In this document: positions 9,797-20,053 of the stretch, piece by piece
Layout of the letters: every line of letters starts with the position of its first letter
Position numbering within the stretch: position 1 is the first letter of the stretch
The notes under the pieces: generated by a model
What the model saw: only the letters and a program-made list of their open reading frames with translations
The model's database searches: none
What the model was told of the DNA's origin: nothing
Position numbers and translations under genes: made by a program
Assembly (NCBI GenBank): GCA_963824565.1
Contig: CAWGQB010000016.1
Coordinates: 152,337 to 216,336 of the forward strand
Length of the DNA: 64,000 nucleotides
Direction of reading: 5' to 3'
DNA from: an uncultured Pseudomonadota bacterium
Lineage (GTDB): Bacteria; Desulfobacterota; Binatia; Binatales; Binataceae

Positions 9797-10481
9797 TCAC
9801 CCCTGCCAGTTGTTGCCCCATCGATCGAGAAACGCGATCTCATTGACCGGCCGGCGCTTGACCGGTCCGTGCCCGAAACCTTCGATCGGATATCCGATCG
9901 GCAGCACGGCATAGGTGATAAACTCGGGTGGCAGGTCCGCCACGGCGCGCACCTCGTCGTTGAAATACGCGTGGATCGTGGTCAGAACCGTTCCGAGTCC
10001 GAAGGCACGGCAGGCCAGCAGGATGTTCTGCACCGCGGGATAAATGCTTGCGCCGGAGATTCGCGGTCCGGCTGCCGCTACTCTGGCAGCGTGATCGGCC
10101 GGGGGTTGGAAGCCGGGAGTTTGCGGGATGATCAGGCCCGCGATTATCAGCACTGGAACTTCCTGCATGTGATGCGCCAGATGATCCGCCGCGCCCATCA
10201 TCTTCTTGTATCCGGCCTGGCTTTGATGTGGCGCGGGGCGGCGCTCGCGGTACATCGTCTGCATCATGTTCCAAGCCTGCCGATAAATCTCCGCCAGGCG
10301 GGCTGCGCTGCCCCGCGTCCTTAACCACCACGAAAGCCCAGCTCTGCGTGTTGCTCGCCGAGGGCGCCCGGATCGCCGCATCGAGCACCTTGGTGATGAT
10401 TTCGTCGGGCACCGGATCAGGTTTTAGCCGGCGCAGCGCACGTGCGGTGTAAATGGCTTCGAACAGTCCAATCTCGTTCAT
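9797..10481 (-). CDS. Nitroreductase-family protein, paralogue 1, with an apparent frameshift near 10310.
   Basis: The N-terminal part (MNEIGLFEAIYTARALRRLKPDPVPDEII…AFVVVKDA) is in the 10604 frame. The C-terminal part (…AARLAEIYRQ…SSIYPAVQNILLACRAFGLGTVLTT…LPIGYP) is in the 10381 frame. It is colinear with the two intact paralogues at 21.8-23.2 kb. Confidence 0.8.
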
Positions 10482-10765
10482 TTGGAGTACCTCAGGGCCT
10501 TCGCCGTCGGCAAGCGCCGGGCGGCAGGATCGTTGCGATCTCTCCAGCACCAATCCTAGCCTACTGCCGTCGATGTTGGAAAAGTCCGGACAGTGCCGGT
10601 TCAAATCCGGGAACGGATCTGATGCCAGCGGCAGCGGCTATACATCTTAGTTTGACCAGCCTATCGACGATGCGTATAGCTTGCCCATTGTCCGCCGGCG
10701 ACGGCGCGGGGATGCGCTTGGAATGCCGGGCAGGAGTATTCTGACCGCAAACAAAGGGAGAGTGT

Positions 10766-11496
10766 CCGTGCACGAAACAATTGTATGGATTAGCGGTGCG
10801 ACCGAGGGTATCGGTCTGGGGCTGGCGCGCAACGTGCCCTACCCCGAAGCCAGAATTATCAACCTGTCGCGGCGCCAGCATCCCGACTACGAGAGTGTTC
10901 GATTCGACCTCGTCGACCCCTCAACCTGGGACGTGGTGTGCGACCATTTCGCCACCGAACTGCGAAACTTCAAGGGCAAGCGCGCCATTTTCATTCAAAA
11001 CGCCTATTTGGGCGCGAGCCACGGCTTCGTCGGCGAAGGGGACCCGCAAATCTATCGCAATGCAGTGACGGCGAACGTCGCCGCCCCACTGGTACTTGCC
11101 GAGGCATTTGTTCGTGCCTGCCGGGGCGACTATGAGTCGGGGCTGGTGATGATGACGTCGGCGGCGGCTCGTGTGCCTTGGGAGGGTGACGCGGTATACT
11201 GTGCGGCGAAAGCGGCGGCGGAGCAGTGGGTCCGCGCGGTGCGGATGGAGCGAAAGCGGCGCGGAACGGGCCCGTGGGTGGTGGCGATTCGGCCCGGCTT
11301 CGTCGATACCCCGGCGGTGCGCGCCGCGGTCAATACTGACTTCGAGCAGTGGCCGCTGGGGCCGTTCGTCAAGCGCGAGCTCGAAGCCGGCAAGGCCCTC
11401 GATATCGATACCTGCGCACGCAACATCTGGGGTGCGCTGCCTCCAGGTCCGGAGCGATCGGTGTTGTGGTTCGGAGAGATGGTCAAGCAAGAATAA
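10766..11496 (+). CDS. SDR-family (short-chain dehydrogenase/reductase) oxidoreductase.
   Basis: Rossmann motif ISGATEGIG and YxxxK active-site motif (YCAAK). GTG start with AAAGGGAG upstream. The first in-frame ATG at 10681 would add a 28-aa Arg-rich leader. Confidence 0.75.
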
Positions 11497-11570
11497 TGGT
11501 ATCCGTGGGCGTGGATGGAAGAACCGCCAAGCACGGAGATTGGCGCGCGCGTCGGACTAGCGCCAGACTG

Positions 11571-12517
11571 ATGATCGTCGTGACAGGTGGCGCCGGCTTT
11601 ATCGGCAGCAATCTCATCCAGGCGCTTAACGCCGAGGGCGAAAACCAGATTCTCGTCGTTGACCGCCTGCGGCGACAACTTCACCAATCTGTGCGATCTC
11701 CGTTTCTGCGATTTCATGGAACCCGACGAATTCCGTCATCGCGATCGACAGTCGCGGCCTGCCCGATCGGATAACCGCCATCTTCCACCAGGGAGCGTGC
11801 GCCGACACCACCTGCTCGGACGGGCACTACATGATGGAGAACAATTTCACCTTCTCCAAGGCGATCCTGCACTTCTCGCTCGAGCGGAAAATCCCTCTGA
11901 TATATGCTTCGAGCGCCTCGGTCTATGGCGCAGGCCAATCTTCACAGCCGACGCCGGCTAACGAACGTCCGCTTAACCTTTACGCGCTCTCGAAGCTCGT
12001 TTTCGACAATTACGTGCGCAACCTGTTGGCGCGCGCGGGTAGCACCGTGGCCGGCCTGCGCTACTTCAACGTCTATGGTCCCCGCGAACGTCACAAGGGA
12101 CGGATGGCCTCGATGGTCTACCAGCTCCATCGCCAGATTCAGGAAAGCGGATGCGCGAAGTTATTTGAAGGCACCGACGGCTATGGCCACGGCGAACAGC
12201 GGCGGGACTTCGTTTTCGTCGGCGATGTGGTACGCGTGAACCTCTTTCTCGCCAGGCGGCCGCAGGTGATCCGCGGCATTTTCAACGTGGGAAGCGCAAC
12301 CGCCAGAAGCTTCAACGATGTCGCCCGAAGCGTCATCACCGCGCTCGGCAAAGGCAGGATTCAGTACATCCCCTTCCCCGAAGAGCTCAAAGGAAAGTAT
12401 CAGAGTTTCACGCAGGCCGACCTGACAGATCTGCGCGCCGCCGGTTGGAGCGCGCCGTTTGCAACGATCGAAGATGGCGTCGCGCAGTCTTCTTCCTTCT
12501 GGACGACCGAGGGCTGA
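11571..12517 (+). CDS. hldD: ADP-L-glycero-D-manno-heptose 6-epimerase (HldD/RfaD-like), with two apparent frameshifts near 11675 and 11738.
   Basis: [14 protein letters not shown]…ILVVD is in frame 1. …[19 protein letters not shown] is in frame 2. …[21 protein letters not shown]…[10 protein letters not shown]…YASSASVYG…[20 protein letters not shown]…[28 protein letters not shown] is in frame 3. The whole is colinear with HldD. Confidence 0.8.
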
Positions 12518-12535
12518 CGGAATGCCGCCGAACTC

Positions 12536-13792
12536 ATGCGGGTAGCTGTTCTGGGCTGCGGTGCGGTCGGTGGCGTGATAGCTGCCTGTCTGACCCGAGC
12601 GGGCAACGACGTGACCGCGATTGTCTCAAACCCGCGTATCGAGACTGCGTTATTGAAGGAAGGATTTCGCCTCAGCGAGCTGGACGGCGCGCCCGTGAAT
12701 ATTCCCGCCTCGCGCCGGCCGGTGAAAACGCCTCAGGAAGCCGGCGGCGTCTTCGACGTCGTCGTGACCGCGACGCCGTCGACCGCGTTGGAGACGGCGC
12801 TGCGTGAGTTAATGCCTTTCCTGGCACGCGATGCGATTGTCGTCACCTGCCAGAACGGTCTGCCGGAGGGTCGCGCGGTTGCGGTCGCCGGCGACCGCGT
12901 TATCGGATGCGTGGTTGGCTGGGGCGCCGCGATGAGCGAGCCCGGCATCTATCGGCGCACTTCGAGCGGGCGGCTGCAGATTGGCAAGGCAACGCCCGCG
13001 TGTCCGCCGCCCGACAGCGTGGTCAAGCTGTTGCAAGCGGTGTCGCCAGTCGAAATAGTGGCCGATTTATCCGCGGTGCGATGGTCCAAGCTGGCGATCA
13101 ATTGCGTGACCAGTCCGTTCGGTGCGATTGGCGGGCAGCCGCTTGGTACGCTGCTCAAGGATGCAAGTGTCCGCCGCCTGGCGCTGGAGGTATTCGCCGA
13201 GGTAGCGGAAGTGGCGCGGCGCGAAGGCGTCGCGATGCAACCGGTCGCCGGCACTCTGAATATTTCCAGGATAGCTATCAACGATCGCGAAAGACGCGCG
13301 CGGCTCGCACCGACGCTGATACTCAAACACGCTCTGTTACTGGCAATCGGGTTCAAGTTTCGCCGCATGCGATCCTCGATGCTGTATGCACTGGAGCGCG
13401 GGCGGCCGATCGAGATCGACTATCTCAACGGTGAGATCGTCCGGCGCGGAGAGCGGCTCGGATTTCCAACCCCCGTCAATCGGGCCATCGTCGAAACCGT
13501 CAGGCAGATCGAGCAAAGAAAAGAAGTCGTCTTCTCCCGCAGTCCTGCGCGCACTCAGTGCGCAACTCTACTCGCGCTAGTCCAAGGTCAGCTCCGCGAC
13601 GGCTGTTGGTCCGCCGTGCAGTTCGCAGGCTTGCCGGAATTCCTCGATTTCAGCCGCACGCCGGCCCCATCGATAGGTCCCGAGTTGTTCGCCGTGCGCG
13701 AGGATTCGCCGCTTGAGCAACGCTTCCAGGGCCCCTTCGAGGTCGGGAAGAAAGCAAGCCGGATTCGCTGCGCAGAATCTCGACCGCGCTGA
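12536..13792 (+). CDS. panE: 2-dehydropantoate 2-reductase family (PanE/ApbA). The C-terminal ~90 aa are probably read-through.
   Basis: N-terminal Rossmann fold MRVAVLGCGAVGG plus a KPR-family body. The family is usually ~310 aa. The tail overlaps a convergent gene and is low-complexity. Confidence 0.65.
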   Translation: MRVAVLGCGAVGGVIAACLTRAGNDVTAIVSNPRIETALLKEGFRLSELDGAPVNIPASRRPVKTPQEAGGVFDVVVTATPSTALETALRELMPFLARDAIVVTCQNGLPEGRAVAVAGDRVIGCVVGWGAAMSEPGIYRRTSSGRLQIGKATPACPPPDSVVKLLQAVSPVEIVADLSAVRWSKLAINCVTSPFGAIGGQPLGTLLKDASVRRLALEVFAEVAEVARREGVAMQPVAGTLNISRIAINDRERRARLAPTLILKHALLLAIGFKFRRMRSSMLYALERGRPIEIDYLNGEIVRRGERLGFPTPVNRAIVETVRQIEQRKEVVFSRSPARTQCATLLALVQGQLRDGCWSAVQFAGLPEFLDFSRTPAPSIGPELFAVREDSPLEQRFQGPFEVGKKASRIRCAESRPR

Positions 13793-15056
13793 GGCCTTCG
13801 AGCGAATCGCCCGGCGCCCCAAGGCTATGCGCAACCAGTGCGTAGTCGCGGCAGATCGGCCCGAACAGTGCGAACAGGAGTTGTTCCACTCTCGCATCCT
13901 GATCGAGCGGCTGCGCGGTAACCGTGGGGGTTTGCAGGAACCCGTTGCGCGAGATGTGGTGCTGAATCGCCGGATTTTCGGGAAAAGCCGCGCGCGCCTC
14001 GGCGTAAAACAAATGCATCCAGTGATAACGCATGCAACGTTCGAGCGCAGCGGTGACCTTGCGCGGATTGGCGGACGCACTTGGCAGCACGCGGCCGCCC
14101 CGCGCCCTGACCGTATCGCATAGCCAGTCGAGATCGACGCCCTCGATGGGATTGTATTCGAGGAACGATCTCAGATGCAGGGTCGTGGTGATGGTTTTGG
14201 CCTGCAGTTGGCCCATCACCGCTTCGGCGACGTCGCGCAGCCGATCGAACTTGTCCAGCTTGACCGGCGCGCCGCATGCGATATGGACCCGCCCGATCTT
14301 GATTTTTCCTCGCAGCAGCCGGGTGGTCCATTTGCTTAGCGCGCTCAGCTTCATTTCCGGCTTCGGGCTGCCCTGCAACTCGCGCAGGAACGAGACCTCT
14401 TCGGTCACCCGGTCGTAGCTCAGAGCGATGGGAAGGATGGTCGCCGGCTGTCCGGTTTCCTGGATGCATTTCAGCAGACCGTGGCGCGGCGGCAGGAACT
14501 GTCGTGAGCGGCTGCGCGTGCCCTCGATGAAGACCTGCAGGGTCTGACGGCGCTTTACCAGGTCAGTGATCCGCGCGGTCAACTCGACGTAGTCCCCCCG
14601 GCGCATGCCGCGCTTGATGAAAAACGCCTGCCCTTTTTCGAACAAACGGCCGAGCATCGGGATGCGCGAGAACTCTTTGGCGGCCGCGATGTGCGGGATG
14701 GCGATGCCCAAACCCGGCTGATCGAAGAAGAGATACGAGCAGAGCAGGAAATCCATGTAGCTGCGATGGCTCGGCGCGATGATCAGCAGCGTTCCATTGG
14801 GGACCCGGGCGAGCGCCGATTCGAACGACGTCCGATCGAAGGTGACCTCATCGGCGGCGCGGCGGAGCACCTTCGCGACTACATAGCCGAACAGACGGAT
14901 GACGCCGGAACCATTGGGCTGCCTCAGCATCCACCGCAGACCCCGCCGCTTCCTCGCCGATCGGCCGCCGATGCATACCTCGGTCGCCTCAGCCGGATCG
15001 AAAGTTTCGGATCTTTGGGGAAGTTCGGAAGAGAGGTCAGCCTGAACCGGTTCCAT
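13650..15056 (-). CDS. GPAT/DHAPAT-family acyltransferase (GNPAT/PlsB-like). The start is uncertain: the ORF extends to 15143, but an M at 15056 abuts the upstream gene's stop.
   Basis: Acyltransferase blocks I-IV: PSHRSYMDFLL (HxxxxD), FFIKRG, FIEGTRSRS and ILPIALSYDRV. Block I closely matches the eukaryotic DHAP acyltransferase. Confidence 0.7.
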   Translation of the reverse strand: MEPVQADLSSELPQRSETFDPAEATEVCIGGRSARKRRGLRWMLRQPNGSGVIRLFGYVVAKVLRRAADEVTFDRTSFESALARVPNGTLLIIAPSHRSYMDFLLCSYLFFDQPGLGIAIPHIAAAKEFSRIPMLGRLFEKGQAFFIKRGMRRGDYVELTARITDLVKRRQTLQVFIEGTRSRSRQFLPPRHGLLKCIQETGQPATILPIALSYDRVTEEVSFLRELQGSPKPEMKLSALSKWTTRLLRGKIKIGRVHIACGAPVKLDKFDRLRDVAEAVMGQLQAKTITTTLHLRSFLEYNPIEGVDLDWLCDTVRARGGRVLPSASANPRKVTAALERCMRYHWMHLFYAEARAAFPENPAIQHHISRNGFLQTPTVTAQPLDQDARVEQLLFALFGPICRDYALVAHSLGAPGDSLEGLSAVEILRSESGLLSSRPRRGPGSVAQAANPRARRTTRDLSMGPACG

Positions 15057-16898
15057 GAGACTTGCGATACTCGACCGCTGGAGGCCGATCGGCTGAACTT
15101 GTGTCGCCGTCGCGGCCTGATATATTGCCGCAGCCAAAGACATTAGTGGGATCGACCGCGCGCTTGACCTCCGCGATCCACTCTAGCGACGGCGCCGACA
15201 TTATCCGCGGCATGAACTTTCGCCTCAGCTTGCCGATGCCATGATGGTGAGAGAGCGACCCGCCAGCCTTGAGGATCTCATCGCGGGCTGCATCTTCGAT
15301 TTCCAGGTAAACCTGTGCCGGATTCTTCACTCCCTTAAAACAGTACGCAAAGTAAAAGTAAACGCACACGCCGGTGTCATAGAGCTGGGTGACGCGGCAG
15401 GTAATGAACGGGTTGCCCGGCAGCTTGCGTTTACGGTGCTCTTCGGTCACGCGGCGTTTTACGTTTTCGCACAGCGCCAGCGTGTTGCTCCACGCCACCG
15501 AGGTCTCGAACGACTCCGCGATGATGAAGTAATTCATGATGAAGTCGCGGATGTAGGCGATGCTGAAAGTGAGCTGATATCCGCGCTGGCCGTTTTCGCC
15601 TCCGGCCGCCATGCCGCCATGCGAACGCGCCAGACCGTAGACCAGTTTCTCCTGCCGCGCGACCTCGTTCTTGCCTCCTTCGAATACCAGCGTACAGGCG
15701 ACCATCCGGGCGGGATCGAATCCTTTGATGCGGGTGACGAAGAAGCGCTCAGCGGCGCTCTTGTAGACTTTCCATCCAGTCGAGCGCGGTTTCAGTGCCT
15801 GGCTGAACTGGAACTGCAGGTTGTCGACCAGCCTGACACTCGCCGGTAGCTGTCCGCGCTGGGTCAGTTCGTAAAGGAAATCGAATCCCTGTTCGAATGA
15901 TGGAAAGATGATCGAACCGTAGCGCTGAACTTCGGGCAAGGGAAAAATTTTGACGGTCGCCGAGGTGATGATGCCCAGGTTGCCTTCCGAGCCGAACATC
16001 CATCGGCGCGGATCCGCTCCGATTGATTCGCGCGGCGCGACCGAACTGCGGCTCAACTCGCCCATTGGCGTGACGACATTTACCGCCAGCACCAAGTCCT
16101 CGATATTGCCGTACTTGTTCTTTTTCATGCCGCTGGCGTGCGTGGCTATCCATCCGCCCAGCGTGGAGAATTCGATACTGTCGGGCTCGTGTCCCATCGT
16201 GAAGCCGTGTTCGGCCAATTGCGCGGCGATCTGGCGGCCGACCGCGCCGGCTTGAATTTGCGCCAGCCGATTTACCGGATCGATCCACAGGACGCGATTC
16301 ATGCGCTCCATGTCGACCGAAACGATGGTGCGCGTTTCGGTCGGCGGACATCGCAGAGCCTCGGTCACGTTGGTGCCGCCGCCGTACGGGATCAGGCAGA
16401 CATCGTGACGGATTGCGGCTTCGACCAGCCGTCGAACCTGATCGTCGTCGACCGGGAAAAACCACCAGGTCGGGAATGCGGTCAAGTCGGCCATGCTTGA
16501 TCGCGTACATCTCCTCCTGCGTGTGACCGTGGCCATGGCGCAGCCGGATTTCGGGATCCTCGGAGATCTGATTGGCGCTGAGAAAGGCGCCTATCGCATT
16601 TGCGAAGGCCGGCGCGCGCACCGGGTCCGGAATCTCCGAGGGATAGGACGAATCCAGACGCGGTCTGACTGTCCAGGGAGACGCCTAACACCTGGGAAAT
16701 CCAAGGCAGCAGGCTTGGAAGCTCATGCCCGCTCAGAGCGTATCTGTTGCCGGCCAGCTCGATCACGCCGGAGGAATTGAATTGGAAGCGCGTGTCGCGG
16801 AATCCCCAGACATCCAGACTCATTTGATCATGAGGGTCGGCTTGGGGCGGGCTGGGCGAAACCAATTCGCCTTGCTTGATGAACTCCGTCGTTGGCAT
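15037..16898 (-). CDS. Alkyldihydroxyacetonephosphate synthase-like FAD-linked oxidase (AGPS family), with ≥2 apparent frameshifts near 16450 and 16550.
   Basis: N-terminal part in the 16898 frame (…WGFRDTRFQFNSSGVIELAGNRYALSGHELPSLLPW…). Middle part in the 16621 frame (…IRLRHGHGHTQEEMYAIKHGRLDRIPDLVVFP). FAD/PCMH domain in the 16536 frame (…VDDDQVRRLVEAAIRHDVCLIPYGGGTNV…SHHHGIGK…). The 16450 shift is one extra T in a TTTTT run. Confidence 0.75.
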
Positions 16899-17175
16899 GG
16901 TCGAGATTCTTATCTATGACGTCGCGCAGTATGATCCGCTGATCACGAATATCATACAGAGGCCGCGACGCAAGGCAGGGGTTTTTTAGCCGCGCAGCAC
17001 CGGCGACGCGTCTTGCGGATTTCGCGGGGTTCGCCGAAGGTGATAGGCGAGTCAACTTCGGAGGGCAGCGTTGGCCAACGCGCAGCCGCTAGAGCGCTCT
17101 TACGGATTACGGTAAGGCAGAGCTCGAGACGGGCAGCGAGCGCATCGGATCTGGGTAACAAAGTTGCGCGACTCG

Positions 17176-18102
17176 TTACTGGTGGCCGCCCATGTTCCAT
17201 TTGATTTGCGCGATCTGTCCTTGGAGCTGTTTGATGTAGTCCTGCTGCTCCTCGATCTGCTTTTGGATTTGGAAAGTCGTGGCGTTGACGGACTCTTTGC
17301 CCTTGTCATCGCTGTCGGACTCGTCGGCGGCGGATTGATCGGCAGTTTGTGCGGAGGCCTCGCAGGCGGCAAGGGGAACTTCCTCGTTGAGACATTGCTG
17401 CAGGTGCGAGCGCTCTTTGAGCAATTGCGCGATTTCGTGACGTTGATCGTCGAGCGTGTTTCTCAGCTCATTTTTTTGCTGCGCCTTGAGCTCCTCGTGC
17501 TGGAGTACCTGGTAGGCGCCCATCGCCGCGAACCCGGCCAGGCCCGCCGATACGGCTCCGTTTTCGCCCCCGATAAGGCCACCGGCGTCCGCACCGCCGA
17601 TGCCGCCGGCCGCGGCTTCGGCGCTGGTGTCCATAACTTTTTCGGCGTCGCGCATCGCGCATTTGACCGTGTGGCTATCTTCGAGCCTGACCGCATCACC
17701 TGATACGGTCACCATGGTGCCCACATCGTTTTGGGTGGATTGCACGTTAATGACCGCGTCTACATCGGCGGGATACTTGTTGAGCGCGGCGGCACGCAGT
17801 TGCTTGGCCGCTTCGGAGTTGTCCGGATCGACCGCAGCGTCGGCAAAGGCTCGACTGACCGTTACCGTGCCGAGATCGGTATAGCATTCATCGGGCAAGT
17901 TGCGGTTGGTCACATAGATGTAGCGATTCGCCGGCCGCGCCGCTTGCTGCGGCACCGGCGGCGGTGACTGGGTGGCGCATCCGCAAGCAATCGCCAGCAC
18001 CAGCATCAGGCACGGAACATTGGCGCGCGCCACCAGCGGCTGCCAATTGCCGCGGTCGTAATGTTGCTTAAAACGGCCAGCCCCATTTTTCATTTTAAAC
18101 AT
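17176..18102 (-). CDS. Putative lipoprotein or secreted protein with a C-terminal coiled-coil. The start is uncertain.
   Basis: Hydrophobic segment LMLVLAIACGCATQ (signal peptide with a lipobox-like Cys). The C-terminus is Q/E-rich with a heptad pattern (…QIEEQQDYIKQLQGQIAQIK). Confidence 0.5.
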   Translation of the reverse strand: MFKMKNGAGRFKQHYDRGNWQPLVARANVPCLMLVLAIACGCATQSPPPVPQQAARPANRYIYVTNRNLPDECYTDLGTVTVSRAFADAAVDPDNSEAAKQLRAAALNKYPADVDAVINVQSTQNDVGTMVTVSGDAVRLEDSHTVKCAMRDAEKVMDTSAEAAAGGIGGADAGGLIGGENGAVSAGLAGFAAMGAYQVLQHEELKAQQKNELRNTLDDQRHEIAQLLKERSHLQQCLNEEVPLAACEASAQTADQSAADESDSDDKGKESVNATTFQIQKQIEEQQDYIKQLQGQIAQIKWNMGGHQ

Positions 18103-18224
18103 CCGCACCAATCCGCGTAAAACGACGAGCGAATCCACAATTGGTTGACACCGCGCCGTCATCTCTCGTTTTCACTAGTATCGTCTTGGCGCATCCGCTA
18201 ATCGAGAGATCAGAGGAGCCCAGC

Positions 18225-19238
18225 GTGAGACAGGTCAAATTCGGCTATTGGGCGGACTTTCGCAATCCGGAAGGTTCGGGGCGCAGCTTCATCGATCTCT
18301 ATCAGGCCACCTTCCGGCAGATCGAACGCGCCGAGGAACTCGGCTTCAACACCATCTGGTTCACCGAGCATCATTTCACCGACGACGGCTATTTGCCGTC
18401 GCTGATGCCGATGGCGGCGGCGGTGGCGGCGCGCACCAGCCGCATCAAGGTCGGCACCTATGTCCTGCTGGCGCCGTTCTACCATCCGCTGAAATTGGCC
18501 GAAGAGTCCGCCGTGGTGGACACGATCTCAAATGGACGACTGCGCCTGGGGCTGGGGCAAGGCTACGCGGTCGAGGAGTTCTCCGGTTTCGGAGTGAAAA
18601 GAAGCGAGCGCCTGGGCCGTACGCTCGAAACCGTCGAAATCCTGAAGCGGGCCTGGACAGGGGAGCGCTTCGGCTTCCAGGGCAAGTACCACAACTTTGC
18701 CGACGTGCGCATCCTGCCGCGGCCGGTCAGCCAACCCCATCCGGAGTTACTGTGGGGCGCGGCGGCGAAGAAGGCTATCGTACGCGGCGCCGAGATGGGA
18801 ATGTCCTTCGCGACTACCGGCGACGGCCGCAGCGTGTCGCTTTACATGGACGCGCTGCGCGAGCGGGGCAAAGATCCGGCCGATTTCAGCTTCGTGTGCA
18901 ACCAGACGGTGTACGTCGCGGATTCGGCCGAACAGGCGTGGGCTGACATCGAGCGGCCACTTATCTATCAAGCCGAGTTGTACTCCAAATGGATCTCGCG
19001 CGCACAGGGCATCGATCCTTCGCAGTCGTTTATCCGGCCCGATCCCGAGCGCTTGCGGCGCGTGAGTGTATTCGGTACGCCGGCCCAGGTGCGCGAGCGT
19101 CTGCGCGAACTGCTGTGGAAGTATCAGTTCACCGAGTTGATAGTGGTGACCCAGCTTCCGGGGCTCGACCCGGCCAAGGCCTACCGCTCACTGGAGCGCT
19201 TCGGCACGGAGGTGATGCCGTTTATCACCGAGGTATAG
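18225..19238 (+). CDS. LLM-class (luciferase-like) flavin or F420-dependent oxidoreductase.
   Basis: TIM-barrel LLM signatures (…FNTIWFTEHHF…RIKVGT…). A GTG start at 18225 with GAGGAG upstream is likely. Confidence 0.75.
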   Translation: MRQVKFGYWADFRNPEGSGRSFIDLYQATFRQIERAEELGFNTIWFTEHHFTDDGYLPSLMPMAAAVAARTSRIKVGTYVLLAPFYHPLKLAEESAVVDTISNGRLRLGLGQGYAVEEFSGFGVKRSERLGRTLETVEILKRAWTGERFGFQGKYHNFADVRILPRPVSQPHPELLWGAAAKKAIVRGAEMGMSFATTGDGRSVSLYMDALRERGKDPADFSFVCNQTVYVADSAEQAWADIERPLIYQAELYSKWISRAQGIDPSQSFIRPDPERLRRVSVFGTPAQVRERLRELLWKYQFTELIVVTQLPGLDPAKAYRSLERFGTEVMPFITEV

Positions 19239-19818
19239 ATCCGCGCTGGGCGATCGCGAGCCCGGCTTCGGTCAGGCGTTGCTCTAGAACTGGGAGCCGA
19301 TCATGTCCCCAGAATGGTTCCCCTTCGAAGATGAAGATCGGCACTCCGAAGATTCGATCCGCGGCCGCTTCGCTTTGCGCGCGCTCATACGCGAGTGCGC
19401 CTTCACCCGTCAGGTAGGCATGATATTCGCCGCCATCCAGACCGAGGCTCGCCAGCAATGCGGCGACGGCATCGGGCTGATCGGCCTCGAACTCGCGACG
19501 GAAGAAAAGCTCGTACGCGCGGCGGCTGTAATCCAGCAGTCGGCCGCGTTTTTCGGCATAAAGACCGCCGATTAACGCGGGCCTGGTGTCATAGACTTTG
19601 AGCGGTCCCTTGATGATGAGCCCGCGCGGCTTCGCCCATCGGCGCGCGTCGAGGTACGAGTAGCGCGCCTTGTGCTCGGAGTAGAGGCTGCGCTCACCCT
19701 TGTCCTTGATGCGTAGCTGGAACGGAATCCATCGTATGCGCACGTGGTAGCGTTGTTCGAGCTCGAAGGCCGGATCGAAGGCAAGATAGGCGAAGGGGCT
19801 CTTGTAGTCCGAATACAT
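19225..19818 (-). CDS. DsbA-like thioredoxin-fold protein, 2-hydroxychromene-2-carboxylate isomerase family.
   Basis: MYSDYKSPFAYLAFDP… N-terminus and length (~197 aa) are typical of the HCCA isomerase / DsbA_FrnE family. The ORF track's upstream extension is low-complexity. Confidence 0.6.
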   Translation of the reverse strand: MYSDYKSPFAYLAFDPAFELEQRYHVRIRWIPFQLRIKDKGERSLYSEHKARYSYLDARRWAKPRGLIIKGPLKVYDTRPALIGGLYAEKRGRLLDYSRRAYELFFRREFEADQPDAVAALLASLGLDGGEYHAYLTGEGALAYERAQSEAAADRIFGVPIFIFEGEPFWGHDRLPVLEQRLTEAGLAIAQRGSIPR

Positions 19819-20053
19819 CTTGACTTCGCGCGCTTGCACTTCGAGCCTCCCGGCGGCGTTCCCGCTTGGCGCATCGAACCGCCATCGTTTCAAACTAACC
19901 GGGGCCGGCAATAATGCAAACCTGCCGCGCCGGTTTGATGTGGGCAACTTTCGATTCAGCTGTTGTAGGTTAGGAGTTTGCCAGACCGCATCGGGGTGGC
20001 GTATCTGTGAACGTTGGTTCAAAACCAAAAACCACAGCAAGCGGAGATATATC

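Noticed and set aside
10228-10452. 74-aa ORF (and its twin at 21724-21909) with the conserved-looking …ARIAAS…ISSGTGSG… motif.
   Set aside because: These are the antisense strands of the highly conserved nitroreductase N-termini. The similarity between them is a mirror of the sense-strand paralogy.
13500-13792. C-terminal ~90 aa of the panE ORF, and the last ~40 aa of the acyltransferase ORF (convergent 143-bp overlap).
   Set aside because: Both tails are low-complexity and exceed typical family lengths. A lost stop or frameshift is more likely than a genuine overlap.
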